Origin: a virus
DNA: 64,000 nt
IMG/VR virus record: IMGVR_UViG_3300032242_001192
Coordinates: 1 to 64,000 of that record
Direction: 5' to 3' (one strand)
Shown here: one piece after another, positions 9,901 to 20,140 of the stretch
Layout of the letters: every line of letters begins with the position of its first letter
How positions within the stretch are numbered: position 1 is the stretch's first letter
Program-made: the position numbers and the translations under genes
The notes under the pieces: model-generated
Databases searched by the model: none
What the model saw: only the letters and a program-made list of their open reading frames with translations
What the model was told of the DNA's origin: nothing

Positions 9901-11299
9901 TAGACCAAGAAGAATTGATAATAGTACATATCAAAATTATGATACAGCGGTCATTCCAATTAGTAGTGCTATTACTGAGGCAGATGTCACATACTTACTA
10001 GGTAGAATTGATAGACTATATGTAACAAACACGTTACAAAATTTTAATTCTCCTTATAATAGTTTTTTAATTGAAACAGGAATTCCATCATTATCACCCG
10101 TGGAACCTACTGATAATTCAGATTTAACTAAACTAAGTATAGCAACGATTGCTGTACCTGCATATAGTTATAATGCAACCGAATGTGTTATTTCTTATTC
10201 TGATTACAAACGATATACCATGGTTGATATAGGAAATATACAAAAATTAACAACTAGATTAGATAAACAAATAAAATTACATGCAATAGAAATTGCAAAC
10301 CTTAAGGGCGTTATAACGAACGATAACGGAGATTCTTTATTAAAGACAGGAATTTTGGTTGAGGATTTTACAACTATTGACAGAGGCGATACTGTAAATT
10401 CAGGGTTTCTTTGTGCTATAGATACTGTAAGAAAAGTATGTTCACCGGGGGTGGATATTACAGATGTTAGTTTCTTTATGACTGATCCTAATACTACAAA
10501 TATATCTAGAAGTGCGGATATTATTAGTATGCCTTATGTAGAAGAAATTTTTGCATCTAATTTAGAAGCGAATCACATTATCAATGTAAATCCTGCAGGT
10601 ATAGATGATGGTAGAGGTAGAGCAGTTCTTTCAAGACAAAATGGAAGAGGTGTTAATTTATTATTAACTGGTCTTTTAATCATATCAGGATATTATCTTA
10701 TTACAAGTGGAGTTGGGGCAATAATAGCAGGCGCAATAGGAACCGCTATAACTAGTATAGCAACCACTGCTGCAGCATATTTAATTGTGGGATATAATTC
10801 TTTGATAGCGGCGGGTGCTGCATATTTTCCCGCATTAAGTCAATTAAGTATAACTGTTAACAGCGGAATTCTTGCTCCAGTTTCTGACGCAATTGCTGCA
10901 AGTGGCGGAGGATCATCTGTAGTTATATCGTCAACGGGAGCGAATTCTGTAGCAGGAGGTGCTTCGATTGAAGGTGTGGGTGTTGCGGAAACTGGGGCTT
11001 CTGGAACAGTCGGCGGAGCCACTGCGGTTGAAGGATATGAAGGCGTGGGTGTTGCGGAAACTGGGGCTTCTGGCACAGTAGGCGGAGGAGCTGCCACTGC
11101 AGGCGCTGAAGCTTCTGGTGCCTGGACCGTACCAGAAATAGCACTCGCGGTTGCAGCAACGTATGTGGTAATCAAATATGCTCCAGAAATAGGAGCCGCA
11201 GTAAAACACGTGGGCGATCAGGTACAAAAAACCGGTCAAGATATAGTAAATGGTGTTAATGATTTAGGCGATAGTTTGGCAGATATTGGTGGATGGTAA
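6953..11299 (+). CDS. Large virion structural protein, DUF4815/VrlC-like N-terminal part, with hydrophobic C-terminal tail
   Basis: SPYFDDFD..KNY.KVLFKPGVAVQSRELTQ.QSILQNQI, GADRLKI, LAERTYD.SG.Y, LRD.IDFRP, KRYTM.DIG. Confidence 0.85.
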   Translation: MADLTSVSPYFDDFDATKNYVKVLFKPGVAVQSRELTQSQSILQNQIKQVGDFLFTDSDKVLGPKPIVNLNVRNIRLNSLDNRGVPINVNDFLGTYVTGGTTKNLIGYVEFVYSADDPNLGDPPSIVISLKKFNSTNNGMFGASDAEDLYFYTDYTDALNEATPNFKARTTTDITKNAISTISPYSRSITFTNPTTLISVGDLVVHPLLTTPLYVTEIVNTLEVLVNNEPGVVIGGETVSFVTKACNPTSIVTQDIATFYKYGYFVQNTLSKIVPDKTTAYPTKLIAFLSNQQIITSEDDPSLLDPAFESSNYFASGADRLKIELSLASIDIQKKSITDYINTGNTTGKDIIPLLNFNRGDIEYLRELSVDSNLEKKLAERTYDQSGSYVVDQFHITPGITYSNNPNLQFKIGPGKAYVGGYPVKTVGTTNFAIPKSNKTETKVGYNINTFQGNYLKVSNVKYLLVPPQTTNASYSFLELHNVRNPANATTRVGTVSFKDLEYDTSLGQDTIFKFFYNYYAPVAEAPASWSAWSTKYNIPSDEGQYIANALYTNNDLLGNYGTASTPHYGLFREPDVAGVAFWWSYWNSNGRDIAKVKEAFAITAEKSSTSDSARVLSNTKSYLQVINNSPFIDGLLNVQQVKSIVGVANELTSQGTSATYGSPFFYADIADPAGLDSSNNIKIFDPISADKLVYDINKKYVTTLRNIRTQYNKVYNNAIFAGGTYSKTLSLPETLAVGDGTIPSSTARSNFVVLVKSGATSNVKLGAFNFERGSVVVTGSGATVSFDLGDPSFTGVADILLKIQNDNTQIRTKTLVQNAIVNIEVNAAEKEYSLGIADIYRFGGIYKLSNIAKYRGTWSSGTNYSYEDVVLNYGYMYKSIYPSSNVSVYNANVWSPIPALSSNNYVLNDGQRDNFYDHASIKYIGGTSSIPGNVLVTFSYFNHTGEGPLTAESYSANLYSAIPTYKSVTDSREYSLRDSIDFRPRRIDNSTYQNYDTAVIPISSAITEADVTYLLGRIDRLYVTNTLQNFNSPYNSFLIETGIPSLSPVEPTDNSDLTKLSIATIAVPAYSYNATECVISYSDYKRYTMVDIGNIQKLTTRLDKQIKLHAIEIANLKGVITNDNGDSLLKTGILVEDFTTIDRGDTVNSGFLCAIDTVRKVCSPGVDITDVSFFMTDPNTTNISRSADIISMPYVEEIFASNLEANHIINVNPAGIDDGRGRAVLSRQNGRGVNLLLTGLLIISGYYLITSGVGAIIAGAIGTAITSIATTAAAYLIVGYNSLIAAGAAYFPALSQLSITVNSGILAPVSDAIAASGGGSSVVISSTGANSVAGGASIEGVGVAETGASGTVGGATAVEGYEGVGVAETGASGTVGGGAATAGAEASGAWTVPEIALAVAATYVVIKYAPEIGAAVKHVGDQVQKTGQDIVNGVNDLGDSLADIGGW
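10969..11087 (+). repeat. Two 50-nt direct repeats (10969-11018, 11038-11087; period 69 nt) encoding EGVGVAETGASGTVGG
   Basis: tgaaggtgtgggtgttgcggaaactggggcttctggaacagtcggcggag vs tgaaggcgtgggtgttgcggaaactggggcttctggcacagtaggcggag; 3 synonymous differences. Confidence 0.95.
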
Positions 11300-11306
11300 T
11301 TAAATA
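11299..11306 (+). promoter_or_regulatory. Possible late promoter variant (ATTAAATA)
   Basis: TAAATA core 25 nt upstream of 11331 start. Confidence 0.4.
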
Positions 11307-11330
11307 ATAGTATATTAACAGGAAAAATAA

Positions 11331-13064
11331 ATGGCTCAAATTCAAGATCAAAATCAAGTAACACAAAACAATAGTATACTTCCCGTATATTCTAGTGCAC
11401 AAATACTGGGGTTTAGTATTTCATTGATGCCACCTAATACAAAAATTTATGTTTATTGTAACGGAGTGGATATAACTGCTTTTTGTGCACCTGCTACAAA
11501 ATCTCCATTATTAGGAGATCCTATAGTTACAGATCAATTAGGAAATGCATCTGGATATCTTTACATTCCTAGTTTTGAAGGAAAATATAAATTTTTAGCA
11601 GGGGAAATGATGATGACGTTTGGTGATGCACCAAACAGTATTGCTGCATGTAAATATATTTCTGAAGCTATCTTTATGAATCACGGTATTGATTTAGTTG
11701 ATACAGAACAAGGTGGTACTTTATCATTAAGAAGAATGGAGAAACTTAGAACAGATGTTTCTGGTTCTTCTACACAACCAAATACGACACAAGCAAGATT
11801 GGATCCTTTAGCCCAAACGTTTGTGGTTGATGGAACCAAATATCCGTTAGGAATATTTGTTACAGGTATTAATTTATTTTTCTATTCAAAAGACAACACG
11901 TTGCCTATTGCTGTAGAATTAAGACCAATGGTTAACGGTAAACCCTCAACTACAGAATATTTTTCTGGTTCTTTTAGTGTTATGGGGGCTAATGATGTTA
12001 AGGTATATGATCAAGCAACAGGAGATATACAACCAACAATATTTTCTTTTGCCCATTTAATATATTTAAAACCTGGAGAATATGCATTTTGTGTAACAAC
12101 TAAGTCTACCAAGTATCAAATATTTTCAGCAAAGCAAGGAGATGGGTTAACAGTAAAACAGCCATTTGCAGGTTTATTATTTAAGCCACAAAATACAGGA
12201 GATTGGGTAGGTGATAGTACCGAAGACTTGACATTCGTTATACGAAAAGCCAAATTTAAAACTGGCACAACTACCTTTAAGATGAAAAATACTGCTTTAG
12301 ATACAGTAAATGAATATAGTAGACTTCGATTATTAAGCACAGAAATTAATTTTGGTGCAACAGCAACAGTAGGTTATAAAATTCAAACCACTCAAGCAGG
12401 ATCAGGTATAAAATCTGATTTTAAAGAAATAGCAACGGGGGGTTTTGCAACACTCGATTCAAGACAAACAGTTTCAAATGATAGTGATACTGTTTTAGAA
12501 GTATCAATGACAACTAAGAATCAAGATGTAAGTCCAATATTAGATAGACAGTTAATGTCCGCGCAAGTGTTTAATCCTTTAATTAAACCTTATACTTCAG
12601 AAATATCAGCAAGTGAATTATTACCAAATAGCGGAACTGCAAGATCAAGATATATCAGTAAAGTTATATCTTTACAAGAAGGATTTGATTCTACAGGATT
12701 ACAAGTTAAACTAGATGTTAACAGAAAAGTTGGAACAGATATTGAAGTATTTGGTAGAGTTTTGTCTAGAAAAGATAATGCCTTTGTTTCTGGAATTAAA
12801 AATAAACCATGGATTAAGATGCCTTTATATGCGCCACAGCAAAAAACATATGCGGGAACAAGTGATAATAAATTTAATCAAGAAACATATCAGTTGCTTG
12901 AACCTTTGCTTAGTTATACAAATGCAGCAAATATTGCATCAAATGTTGCAATAACAGCATCCTATACAGATTTTGCACAATATCAAATTAAGGTAGTGTT
13001 TTATTCTAATGATTCTATATACTTACCTAAAATTAAAAATCTGACAGCAACTTCGGTAATATAA
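11331..13064 (+). CDS. DUF4815/VrlC-like C-terminal part (virion structural)
   Basis: DPLAQTF.V......GIFVT.INLFF.SKD..LP..VELR..VNG.P, EDL.F....AKF, RYISK...L, F..YQIKVV......P.IKNL. Confidence 0.8.
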   Translation: MAQIQDQNQVTQNNSILPVYSSAQILGFSISLMPPNTKIYVYCNGVDITAFCAPATKSPLLGDPIVTDQLGNASGYLYIPSFEGKYKFLAGEMMMTFGDAPNSIAACKYISEAIFMNHGIDLVDTEQGGTLSLRRMEKLRTDVSGSSTQPNTTQARLDPLAQTFVVDGTKYPLGIFVTGINLFFYSKDNTLPIAVELRPMVNGKPSTTEYFSGSFSVMGANDVKVYDQATGDIQPTIFSFAHLIYLKPGEYAFCVTTKSTKYQIFSAKQGDGLTVKQPFAGLLFKPQNTGDWVGDSTEDLTFVIRKAKFKTGTTTFKMKNTALDTVNEYSRLRLLSTEINFGATATVGYKIQTTQAGSGIKSDFKEIATGGFATLDSRQTVSNDSDTVLEVSMTTKNQDVSPILDRQLMSAQVFNPLIKPYTSEISASELLPNSGTARSRYISKVISLQEGFDSTGLQVKLDVNRKVGTDIEVFGRVLSRKDNAFVSGIKNKPWIKMPLYAPQQKTYAGTSDNKFNQETYQLLEPLLSYTNAANIASNVAITASYTDFAQYQIKVVFYSNDSIYLPKIKNLTATSVI

Positions 13065-13065
13065 T

Positions 13066-13272
13066 ATGGAAGAAAGATACGTTCCTGTAGAAAATGATCC
13101 TAGATATGTAAAGGATATGTATAATTCTGCTATACTAAATACTGATGTTAATTCTGTGATAGCACACAAACAAAAGAAGAAAGTTTTGAATCAAATTAAT
13201 AGTATGCAAGATGAGATAAATATGCTGAAAGAAGAACTTCAAAAAATTAAAACCCATTTACAGTTAAGTTAA
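13066..13272 (+). CDS. Conserved T4-like small coiled-coil protein
   Basis: V.VE.....VKD....AILNTD motif and C-terminal coiled coil, typical gene following VrlC-like genes. Confidence 0.7.
   Translation: MEERYVPVENDPRYVKDMYNSAILNTDVNSVIAHKQKKKVLNQINSMQDEINMLKEELQKIKTHLQLS
13215..13222 (+). promoter_or_regulatory. Possible late promoter variant (GATAAATA)
   Basis: About 50 nt upstream of 13275 start. Confidence 0.35.
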
Positions 13273-13274
13273 CT

Positions 13275-14888
13275 ATGCCATCATTAAAAAATCTTTCAAA
13301 CGTAAATGTAGGTACTACTGCCAATGACGGCACAGGCGACCTATTACGAGATTCATTCGTTAAAATAAACAATAGTTTAAACTCCCTATATACCGGAGGA
13401 CAAGTAACTTCGTTTAGTAACGATAATCAATTTGCTCCAGGATACACATGGGAAAATGATAAACGTACAGGATTCTATAATCCTGCAACGGGCGAAATAG
13501 GTGTTGCCTTAAACGGACAAGAAGGATTATATTTAAATCAAGATGGCACTATTACTTGGTTTGGTTCAGCGTTATCTACAAAGGGTTATGTTGATAGTCA
13601 GATTACTAGTTTTACTGGTGGAATAAGTGCAGCTAATATTGTAGTAACCACGGGTACAGGCAATACTACTGTAACGGTTAACGGTGTCCCCGTGGTTTCT
13701 GCATTGCCGACAACAGGAAATTCTCAGGGAAGAATAGTATTTTATTTAGGTGATGTTTGGATATATTCTTCATATCCCGCAGGCAATGGAACAGGATTGG
13801 CTGCAGATGCTGCGATTGCTAGGGCCGCAGGATCAGACTCAAGATGGGTTAAGTTTAGAGGTGATACTGCGATTACTGTTGGTTCAGTTAGACCAGCAAC
13901 TGCACCCGAAGGCACTTTATATTATGAAACAGCAAATGCATTACCATATTTCTTTATATCCGGAGCTTGGAAAACATTATCAAGTGTTATAACATCTAGC
14001 GCTCCGTCTGGATTAGATGTTTTATCTGTATTACCAGGAACAGGAGATCCTTCAAACTACTCAGGTAGAACTGTGGTTGTTGGGTCAGTTGCATACATAT
14101 TCATAGGTGGTGCGTGGAAAACATTGAGTAGTTATGTAAGTGGTGCAGGAGGAAGTGGAAGCGGAATATCCACGGGCGACACTTTACCTGGCACTGCAAA
14201 TGCTTATACACTATTTGCTAAAACAGGAACTAATCCTGGGTTATATATTTACGATGGTACAGCATGGACAACAATACAAAAGTATTCTTCTAACACATCC
14301 ACTGCAAGAATACAAACATTATCGGCATTACCTTCAGATGTAACGTACTACAATTCTGGAGATTTAGTAATTGTATCTGGAAAGAGTTATATCTTAAGAA
14401 CAGACAAATCTGTTTGGGATTTATATTCCCCTGGTGCAAATACTACAGTAACAAATATTGTTTTGAATGCGGGTCAAGTAGGCAATGTGGAATTAGCAGC
14501 AAATTCTGTAACTAATAGTAAAATTGTACTTGGTGCAGTTACAGGAGATAGAATTGCAGATAATACTATTACAGGAAGACAAATATTAGACTTATCTATA
14601 GGCTCTTCAGAATTATCGCCAAATGCTGTGACAACAGGAAAAATTCAAGCTGGGTCTATAACTGATAGAGAAATTGCAGGCAATTCAATTAGTGGCACAA
14701 AAATTATTTCTGGCACTATTACTAAATCTCAACTTTCAGCAAACATATTTAATAATCTAAATGTTACTGCAAATGCGTTATCCGATGTATCTCAAAACTT
14801 AGGTACAATCGTTTCGGGCGCTATACAGTCTATAGATGGAAAAATGGTAATTGATATTAATAATAAAATTATTAGAATTGAGTTATGA
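13275..14888 (+). CDS. Tail fibre/baseplate-attached protein with gp9/gp10-like N-terminus
   Basis: VNVGTTANDGTGDLLRDSFVKINN motif; internal LP...G...Y.....W repeats; C-terminal (I/V)T..KI pentapeptide-like repeats. Confidence 0.8.
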   Translation: MPSLKNLSNVNVGTTANDGTGDLLRDSFVKINNSLNSLYTGGQVTSFSNDNQFAPGYTWENDKRTGFYNPATGEIGVALNGQEGLYLNQDGTITWFGSALSTKGYVDSQITSFTGGISAANIVVTTGTGNTTVTVNGVPVVSALPTTGNSQGRIVFYLGDVWIYSSYPAGNGTGLAADAAIARAAGSDSRWVKFRGDTAITVGSVRPATAPEGTLYYETANALPYFFISGAWKTLSSVITSSAPSGLDVLSVLPGTGDPSNYSGRTVVVGSVAYIFIGGAWKTLSSYVSGAGGSGSGISTGDTLPGTANAYTLFAKTGTNPGLYIYDGTAWTTIQKYSSNTSTARIQTLSALPSDVTYYNSGDLVIVSGKSYILRTDKSVWDLYSPGANTTVTNIVLNAGQVGNVELAANSVTNSKIVLGAVTGDRIADNTITGRQILDLSIGSSELSPNAVTTGKIQAGSITDREIAGNSISGTKIISGTITKSQLSANIFNNLNVTANALSDVSQNLGTIVSGAIQSIDGKMVIDINNKIIRIEL

Positions 14889-15388
14889 CAACTACAGTAT
14901 TTTATGCAGGTAATGTAAGTACAACAAAAGTTGTTTCTATATTCTCAAATCCAACAGGGTTGTCGGGAAATAATGCACCTCTACTAAATCCAACTCAAAA
15001 TTTGGATAGAATATATTTCGATTCAAGATTTGATTATTTGAATATAGTATACAACGGCACATTTACTACAGTATATAATCCAATTAATACTAATTCAACC
15101 GATCCAACAACTATAGTAAAAGGTGAGAATTATAAGACAACCGTTATTCATAATTTTGGTTATACTCCTGCAGCAATTTTATTAGACTTTGATAGTAAAG
15201 AAGTTATAGGAGCACAAACTTTTATACAATCAGTAAATAGTTCTTTTAGAGTGGCTTCGTTGCAGATGGATTCAAATAATTTTTATATTAAAGAAAGATA
15301 TCATGTTGTCAACGATCCTTTGCCATCTATAACTAGACGTTATATTATATTAGCATTTAAACACCCTGCAACCGTTCCTAGTTTCTAA
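14885..15388 (+). CDS. Hypothetical tail-associated protein
   Basis: ATGA overlap with the upstream gene; IYFDSRFDYL and IHNFGYTP motifs seen in tail-tip accessory proteins. Confidence 0.6.
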   Translation: MTTTVFYAGNVSTTKVVSIFSNPTGLSGNNAPLLNPTQNLDRIYFDSRFDYLNIVYNGTFTTVYNPINTNSTDPTTIVKGENYKTTVIHNFGYTPAAILLDFDSKEVIGAQTFIQSVNSSFRVASLQMDSNNFYIKERYHVVNDPLPSITRRYIILAFKHPATVPSF

Positions 15389-15390
15389 TC

Positions 15391-16548
15391 ATGGCTAATG
15401 TAACACTTTTAAACATAACAGGACAATTAGTTACATTTGGAGCTAATGCAAATGTAGGATTAAGTTTTAATTCTGATAATGGATTTATCTATAAAAAAGA
15501 TAATCAATATATTAGTACATCTGGTTCTGCTTTTACTAAAACATTATACTCTACGAGTTTAACATTATATCAGGAAACAGATGTTGGAATATCGTATGTA
15601 GATTATAGCCAATTATCTAAAAGACAATCGTTAGGTCCACAAGTACCAAAGTCTGGGCCTTTTATAGAAAATTATTCTGTTAACGGTGATTTGAATACTA
15701 ATAATTTTATAGAATTACTTTTAATAGATAAGCCACCTATTAGAACAGGTGAATTTCAATTTACTATTGGAACTGTTACGTTTACAGGAACTATAACTAA
15801 GCAAACAACATATACTCAATATAATTGGCAACGTGTAGGTGGTGTATATACCTATGTTGAAAGTGCAACACCATTGGGATATGGAATAGAAATAAGTAGA
15901 AGTTCTTTGTACACTGTTAGTTTAGTAAATGGTTCGTATGTTTATACACCAACAGATTTATTAAACTTTTTAAATACCCTCAAAGGTGGGGAAGAAATAA
16001 CATCTACATCCAATACAGGAAATCCAAATAGCGGTGGGGGAATTATATCCACATTTTCCTCATCTATTACTGCACTGCCTATAACATCTTATTATATTCC
16101 ACCTGCGGATGCGTTAAGATATATTGCAAGTTATCCAGATTTAATAGTTGCATATGGTACGGATTATACAAAAGGACAACAGGATTATGCAAACTCTGCA
16201 GGTGCAAGACCTATATTGTTTGATCCCATTGCATATTTAAACAAATACCCTGACGTAAGACAATTGTATGGATATGACACATACAATGCAACAATAGATT
16301 TCATTACTACGGGATATTATCAGGGAAGAACGGCAGATGCTAGTTCAGTGAATCCCTTGACAGGCGGTTTGTATGATGAAAGATATAGTGCAGTTACACT
16401 TGCTGATGATTTAATTATTTGGCCAGAAGGCGAAACTTTAGCAGGATCAGGGTCTTCTCTTACTTACAAATATAATACTACAAATTACTTTATTAATGGT
16501 AGTGTACCTGTAACAGGTAATGTAAAATATTTAGGAATTTTAGTATGA
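15391..16548 (+). CDS. Tail-associated protein containing 'DALRYIASYPDL' surface-protein-like repeats
   Basis: Two repeats: DALRYIASYPDLIVAYGTD and FDPIAYLNKYPDVRQLYGYD...GYYQGR. Confidence 0.6.
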   Translation: MANVTLLNITGQLVTFGANANVGLSFNSDNGFIYKKDNQYISTSGSAFTKTLYSTSLTLYQETDVGISYVDYSQLSKRQSLGPQVPKSGPFIENYSVNGDLNTNNFIELLLIDKPPIRTGEFQFTIGTVTFTGTITKQTTYTQYNWQRVGGVYTYVESATPLGYGIEISRSSLYTVSLVNGSYVYTPTDLLNFLNTLKGGEEITSTSNTGNPNSGGGIISTFSSSITALPITSYYIPPADALRYIASYPDLIVAYGTDYTKGQQDYANSAGARPILFDPIAYLNKYPDVRQLYGYDTYNATIDFITTGYYQGRTADASSVNPLTGGLYDERYSAVTLADDLIIWPEGETLAGSGSSLTYKYNTTNYFINGSVPVTGNVKYLGILV

Positions 16549-17027
16549 GTTTTTTATTCAATTCTACAGAATTAACAGTAAAAGATAGTAGGGGAAAAAT
16601 AAAATTTTCTTTAGATAAACAAATGCCTCATATCTTGTATAATACAACTGGGATAATACAAGTACCATCAATATTATCCGGAGATAGAAATGCAGCATTC
16701 GTCAATAGAGTTGACGAATTTCCAATCATTTCAAACGATTTAATAAATACTAATGACTACTTTATTATGCCCTTTTATGCAATAAATGGCGGGATTTCTG
16801 ACAATACAGGATATGTTACTAGCGGTCAAGGTTCGATACAGATCAGAGAAATAACTCAGCCTAGTACAGGAGAATACTTAGGTTGCTCCATAATGACAAC
16901 GATTGCAGAAAATGGAGTATTAAAAATTGTGTGTAAACATAATTTAAACAGAGGGCAGTATAGTAATATTGCTGGAGACGATGCAGTAAATATTGCATAC
17001 AGAATATATTACGGGAGATTTAATTGA
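16545..17027 (+). CDS. Hypothetical tail-associated protein
   Basis: ATGA overlap, 160 aa ORF within the structural operon. Confidence 0.6.
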   Translation: MSFLFNSTELTVKDSRGKIKFSLDKQMPHILYNTTGIIQVPSILSGDRNAAFVNRVDEFPIISNDLINTNDYFIMPFYAINGGISDNTGYVTSGQGSIQIREITQPSTGEYLGCSIMTTIAENGVLKIVCKHNLNRGQYSNIAGDDAVNIAYRIYYGRFN

Positions 17028-17065
17028 AATCTCTAGATGTTAAGAATAACTAATTACGGATTAAA

Positions 17066-20000
17066 ATGTCGTTAATCAAAAATATAGAACTAACACAAGG
17101 TATAACATTTTCCGATACGGTACAATATCTGGATGACAATAAGAATCCAATTCCGTTAACGGGAAATGTAGTATACGGACAAATACAAAAATCTACAGGC
17201 GGTAATGTCATATCGGCATTTACTGCAACAATTACTGACTATGGTAATAGTATAATTAGTTATGGAATAACTGCACATAATAGTGCGAATATTGCTTTTG
17301 GTAGATATGTATATGTTTTAAATGCGACGGATGGTAATGTAGTTTTAGGAATATCCTCAGGTTTTGCTACAGTTAATCAAGGTTCGATTCCTGGTAGAAT
17401 TAGTGTACAACCAGAAACTCCTGCAGCATTTAATCCAATATTTTTATATGTTGGTGCAACAGGGTTAACGGGCAATATTGGCGCATCTGGAGCAACAGGA
17501 TCATTAGGAGCAACAGGTGCAACGGGCGCAGGAGCCACAGGTGCGACAGGTTTAATCGGTTCTACAGGCTTAACAGGTAATGTTGGTGCGACAGGATTGG
17601 GTGCAACAGGTGCGACAGGTTTAATTGGTGCATCTGGAGCAACAGGATTACGAGGACTGACAGGTAATGTTGGTTCTACAGGTGTACAAGGTGCCACAGG
17701 TATTGTAGGGGGTACTGGTGCTACGGGCGTACAAGGATCCACAGGTTTGTATGGTGCAACGGGTTCTACGGGTATTGCTGGTTCTGCAGGAGCAACAGGG
17801 TCAACAGGCGTACAAGGTGCTACAGGAGTTCAAGGATCAACAGGAGCAAATAGTACAGTTGCAGGACCTACGGGTGCAACAGGCATTCAAGGTGCTACAG
17901 GTATTCAAGGCGCTACAGGAATATTAGGAGCAACAGGATTAACAGGTAATATTGGTGCTACAGGAGTTCAAGGAGCAACCGGTCTAACAGGCGCTACAGG
18001 TTCTTTAGGATCCACGGGTGCTACAGGTTTAACAGGTGCAACTGGTCTAACAGGATCAACAGGTTTATTGGGTGCCACAGGTATTATTGGTTCTACGGGT
18101 GCTACAGGGTTTGGTGCTACAGGAGTACAGGGTGCTACAGGATCAACAGGTCCCGTAGGAGCAACAGGACTTTACATTGTATCAGGAAATGTTTCTCTTG
18201 GCGTTTTAACACTAAATCTTAATAATGGAAATACATTAACATTATCAGGATCTTTCTTAGGATCAACAGGCGCAACAGGTATTCAAGGCATTCCCGGAAC
18301 AGCGGTTGCGGTTGGTGCTACAGGTGCAACTATAGTATCTGCAAATGTATCTACAGGAAGTTTAATATTTACATTAAATACGGGTAATACAATAACAACT
18401 ACAGGTTCCATATTAGGTGCTACGGGAGCTACAGGTGTTAGAGGATTTGTAGGAAATACAGGTTTAACAGGTAATGTTGGTGCAACAGGATTAACGGGTA
18501 ATATTGGCGCAACTGGTCTTCAAGGCAATGTTGGTGCTACGGGCATTTCTGGAAATATCGGAGCAACAGGTGCATCTGGTATATACATAGCATCTGCGGC
18601 CGTTATATCTGGAAATTTAAGATTATTATTTAGTGACGGAAATACATTAATTGCGTTTGGTTCTGTATTGGGTGCAACAGGACCAATTGGTTTAACAGGT
18701 AATGCTGGTCCACAAGGTAATATAGGATCTACAGGATTATACATAACTGCTGCCAATATCATAAGTGGTAATTTACGATTAACATTCAACGATAGTAGCA
18801 ATTTAACTGTTATAGGTTCTTTACTTGGTGCTACAGGAGCATCAGGAGCAAATAGTACAATAGCAGGACCTGCAGGTAATGTTGGTGCTACAGGCGCTAC
18901 AGGATTACAAGGTGCTACAGGCTTAACAGGAGCAAATAGTACAATAGCAGGGTCAACAGGATCTACAGGCGCAACAGGACTTACTGGTAATGTTGGTATA
19001 ACGGGTGCTACAGGATTAACAGGTAATGTTGGTATAACAGGTGCTACAGGTTTAACAGGTAATGTTGGTGCTACAGGAGCAACTGGTCTAACAGGTAATG
19101 TTGGTGCTACAGGAGTTCAAGGAGCAACTGGTCTAACAGGTAATGTTGGTATAACGGGTGCTACAGGATTAACAGGTAATGTTGGTGCTACAGGTGTTGC
19201 TGGAGCAACTGGTCTAACAGGTAATGTTGGTGCTACAGGACCTTCAGCAAATGCATACATTCTTCCTACAGCAAATAGTACAGTTTTAGGTGGTGTTAAG
19301 GTAGATGGTAATACTATCTATATTAGCGGGGGTGGGTTAATTTCTCTTCCTCAGGATATATCAACAACTGCTAACGTAACATTTAAAACTCTAACGGTAA
19401 CAAACAACCTATTTGTATACGGCGGTGTAGAAACATTTGCTGCAAATAACTTAACTGTTTCAGATAATATGATTTATTTGAACAGCGGATCTCAAAACAG
19501 CAATCCCGATTTAGGTATCGCATTTAACTATAATGATGGTATTTACCATCACGCAGGATTCTTTAGAGATCATACAGATGGTGTGTTTAAAGTATTTGAT
19601 AATTACACACCGGAACCAGATGCTAATATCTTTATTAATACTGCAGATGCAAGTTTTAGATTAGCAAATCTTCGTGCAACTACATTCACAGGTAATCTGG
19701 TAGGTAGTATTTTATCTACAACAATAAACAACACTGCTAACATAGTTTCAAGTGGATTATCTGGTAATGTGGTATTAACAAGTCCTGCGAGTACAACAAG
19801 TATTGGTTATTTAGGTATACCGCAAAATTTACAAACATCTAATTATACTTTTACCTTAGCAGATCAAGGTAAACATATATACAATACAGGAACAACAGGA
19901 CAAATATTAACGATTCCTTTAAATTCAAGTGTACCTTTCCCAATAGGAACAGCAGTAACATTTATATACCAATCCTCGACAGGTGCATCGTATGTGAATG

Positions 20001-20140
20001 CAACAGGCGGAGTAACATTATATTTAGCAGCAAATACTTCAGGCTCAAGATCTAATGTTACTATATCACCTTATGGTATGGGAACAATACTAAAAGTAGC
20101 AAATGATACCTGGTTTATCAGTGGTGCGGGAGTTTATTAA
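17066..20140 (+). CDS. Collagen-like tail fibre/whisker
   Basis: N-terminal adaptor (IELTQG.TF...GRYVY), long G-X-Y tract, [14 protein letters not shown] motif, C-terminal [15 protein letters not shown]...FPIGT..TF...DTWFISG.G domain. Confidence 0.9.
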   Translation: MSLIKNIELTQGITFSDTVQYLDDNKNPIPLTGNVVYGQIQKSTGGNVISAFTATITDYGNSIISYGITAHNSANIAFGRYVYVLNATDGNVVLGISSGFATVNQGSIPGRISVQPETPAAFNPIFLYVGATGLTGNIGASGATGSLGATGATGAGATGATGLIGSTGLTGNVGATGLGATGATGLIGASGATGLRGLTGNVGSTGVQGATGIVGGTGATGVQGSTGLYGATGSTGIAGSAGATGSTGVQGATGVQGSTGANSTVAGPTGATGIQGATGIQGATGILGATGLTGNIGATGVQGATGLTGATGSLGSTGATGLTGATGLTGSTGLLGATGIIGSTGATGFGATGVQGATGSTGPVGATGLYIVSGNVSLGVLTLNLNNGNTLTLSGSFLGSTGATGIQGIPGTAVAVGATGATIVSANVSTGSLIFTLNTGNTITTTGSILGATGATGVRGFVGNTGLTGNVGATGLTGNIGATGLQGNVGATGISGNIGATGASGIYIASAAVISGNLRLLFSDGNTLIAFGSVLGATGPIGLTGNAGPQGNIGSTGLYITAANIISGNLRLTFNDSSNLTVIGSLLGATGASGANSTIAGPAGNVGATGATGLQGATGLTGANSTIAGSTGSTGATGLTGNVGITGATGLTGNVGITGATGLTGNVGATGATGLTGNVGATGVQGATGLTGNVGITGATGLTGNVGATGVAGATGLTGNVGATGPSANAYILPTANSTVLGGVKVDGNTIYISGGGLISLPQDISTTANVTFKTLTVTNNLFVYGGVETFAANNLTVSDNMIYLNSGSQNSNPDLGIAFNYNDGIYHHAGFFRDHTDGVFKVFDNYTPEPDANIFINTADASFRLANLRATTFTGNLVGSILSTTINNTANIVSSGLSGNVVLTSPASTTSIGYLGIPQNLQTSNYTFTLADQGKHIYNTGTTGQILTIPLNSSVPFPIGTAVTFIYQSSTGASYVNATGGVTLYLAANTSGSRSNVTISPYGMGTILKVANDTWFISGAGVY
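17453..19246 (+). repeat. G-X-Y collagen tract ([12 protein letters not shown]) interrupted by four ~30-aa beta-rich modules; near-identical 36-45 nt tandem units at ~18968-19240
   Basis: Repeated acaggtaatgttggt(gct|ata)ac.gg units; GLTGNVG(A/I)TG(AT) peptide. Confidence 0.95.

Noticed and set aside
10969-11087. Repeat pair as possible DGR template/variable repeat
   Set aside because: Only three synonymous differences, adjacent in one ORF, and no reverse transcriptase in the window.
10840-11239. Three overlapping minus-strand ORFs
   Set aside because: Produced by the GC-richer Gly/Ala repeat region; no SD or promoter support.
17377-18801. Minus-strand Pro/Val/Ala-rich ORFs (17377-17742, 18520-18801)
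   Set aside because: Antisense shadows of the G-X-Y collagen codons.
18968-19240. Regularly spaced ~36-45 nt repeats resembling a CRISPR array
   Set aside because: In-frame coding repeats with wobble variation, no unique spacers, no cas genes.
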